64,000 nt of DNA from Hypanus sabinus (lineage: Eukaryota). The DNA lies in the NCBI RefSeq assembly GCF_030144855.1, contig NC_082707.1:129890001-129954000 (forward strand), written 5' to 3'. Position numbers and translations under genes: made by a program. Numbering within the stretch: position 1 is the stretch's first letter; each line of letters opens with the position of its first letter. Shown here in pieces: positions 63,388 through 64,000 of the stretch. Below the pieces are notes generated by a model. The model was not told the DNA's origin. It searched no databases and worked only from the letters and a program-made list of their open reading frames with translations.

Positions 63388-63922
63388 CAGGTGGGACGAA
63401 GAGTACCCCCCGGATCCTGCCCTTTCTCACTGGGACCCTGGCCACCCCTTCACTCATGAACCACCGCTCATTGACACAGGCGGCCAGTGGGAGCCCCTGG
63501 GGGTCGTCGCTGTGCCCATCAAACACTTCGATGCGGACCCGCAGCGGCGAGGTGGCCACGTCTTTCTTCACCAGACGCTTGTACGGAGTGGCAGGCGTGA
63601 GCGACCAGAAGAGGCCCATGGGCTCGGTGCCCGAGTAGTGGCCGCCCAGGGACGGCGAGCGGCTCAGATCCAGCTCGCCCCGCTGGTCCGCCCGGTAGAA
63701 AGCCGCCGAACTGAAAGTCTCGCCCTTCTCATCAGCGAGGACGGCCTTCATGGTGACCTGTTGCAGCGGCGACAGACCACTCACCCGGACCCGCACCGGC
63801 TCATCGAAGAGGCATTTGGCGCCCGGCTCCAGCCACGCACTCGCAGACATGGCGGCTGGGCCAGATCGGCGCCACTGAGAGTTCCGCAGCAACTGCACGG
63901 CCGACCTCGCCACAACAAACAT
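63388..63922 (-). CDS. Gene B exon 1: type-I acyl-CoA thioesterase (ACOT1/2/4-like)
   Basis: LEPGAKCLFDEPVRV..LADEKG..YRADQRGELDL..EPMGLFWSL..KRLVKKDV..GRIRGVLFVPPG. Donor G|GTAAGA at 63388/63387. In-frame ATGs at 63964 (weak context), 63922 (A at -3) and 63850 (GCCGCCATG). True start uncertain. Confidence 0.9.
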
Positions 63923-64000
63923 CCTCCGATCGTCAACGGAGGGGCCGCGGACTGCGCATGACATCGGGATTCCCAGCAACGCGGCCAAAGGTCGGACTCC

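Overview
Repeat-rich eukaryotic (vertebrate) genomic DNA, not prokaryotic. The repeat content (CR1, Rex1/Babar-like, Penelope-like hairpins, Tx1/L1, Tc1, Charlie-type hAT, sushi-type Gypsy) suggests a cartilaginous fish, probably a ray; this is inference. Four host genes each start in a CpG island: (1) coding exon 1 of DCAF5 on the minus strand, with the rest of the gene not found and probably left of the window; (2) intact single-exon TMEM187 on the plus strand; (3) a complete 3-exon type-I acyl-CoA thioesterase-family gene on the minus strand (gene A, 444 aa) with BAAT/ACNAT-like signatures, a probable mitochondrial presequence and no PTS1; (4) a complete 3-exon ACOT-like gene on the minus strand (gene B, 419/443 aa) with two in-frame starts and a C-terminal SKL. 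Most remaining sequence is decayed transposons, including a CR1 LINE split by nested insertions with readable target-site duplications. There is a 155-nt N gap at 28494-28648. The most interesting signals are minimal hammerhead-ribozyme cores in Penelope-derived repeats and hairpins, a Tf1-type self-priming structure in the Gypsy LTR, and the tandem ACOT-like/BAAT-ACNAT-like gene pair with different organellar targeting. All homology calls are by motif recognition from memory; no search was run. TE boundaries are approximate unless a TSD is quoted.
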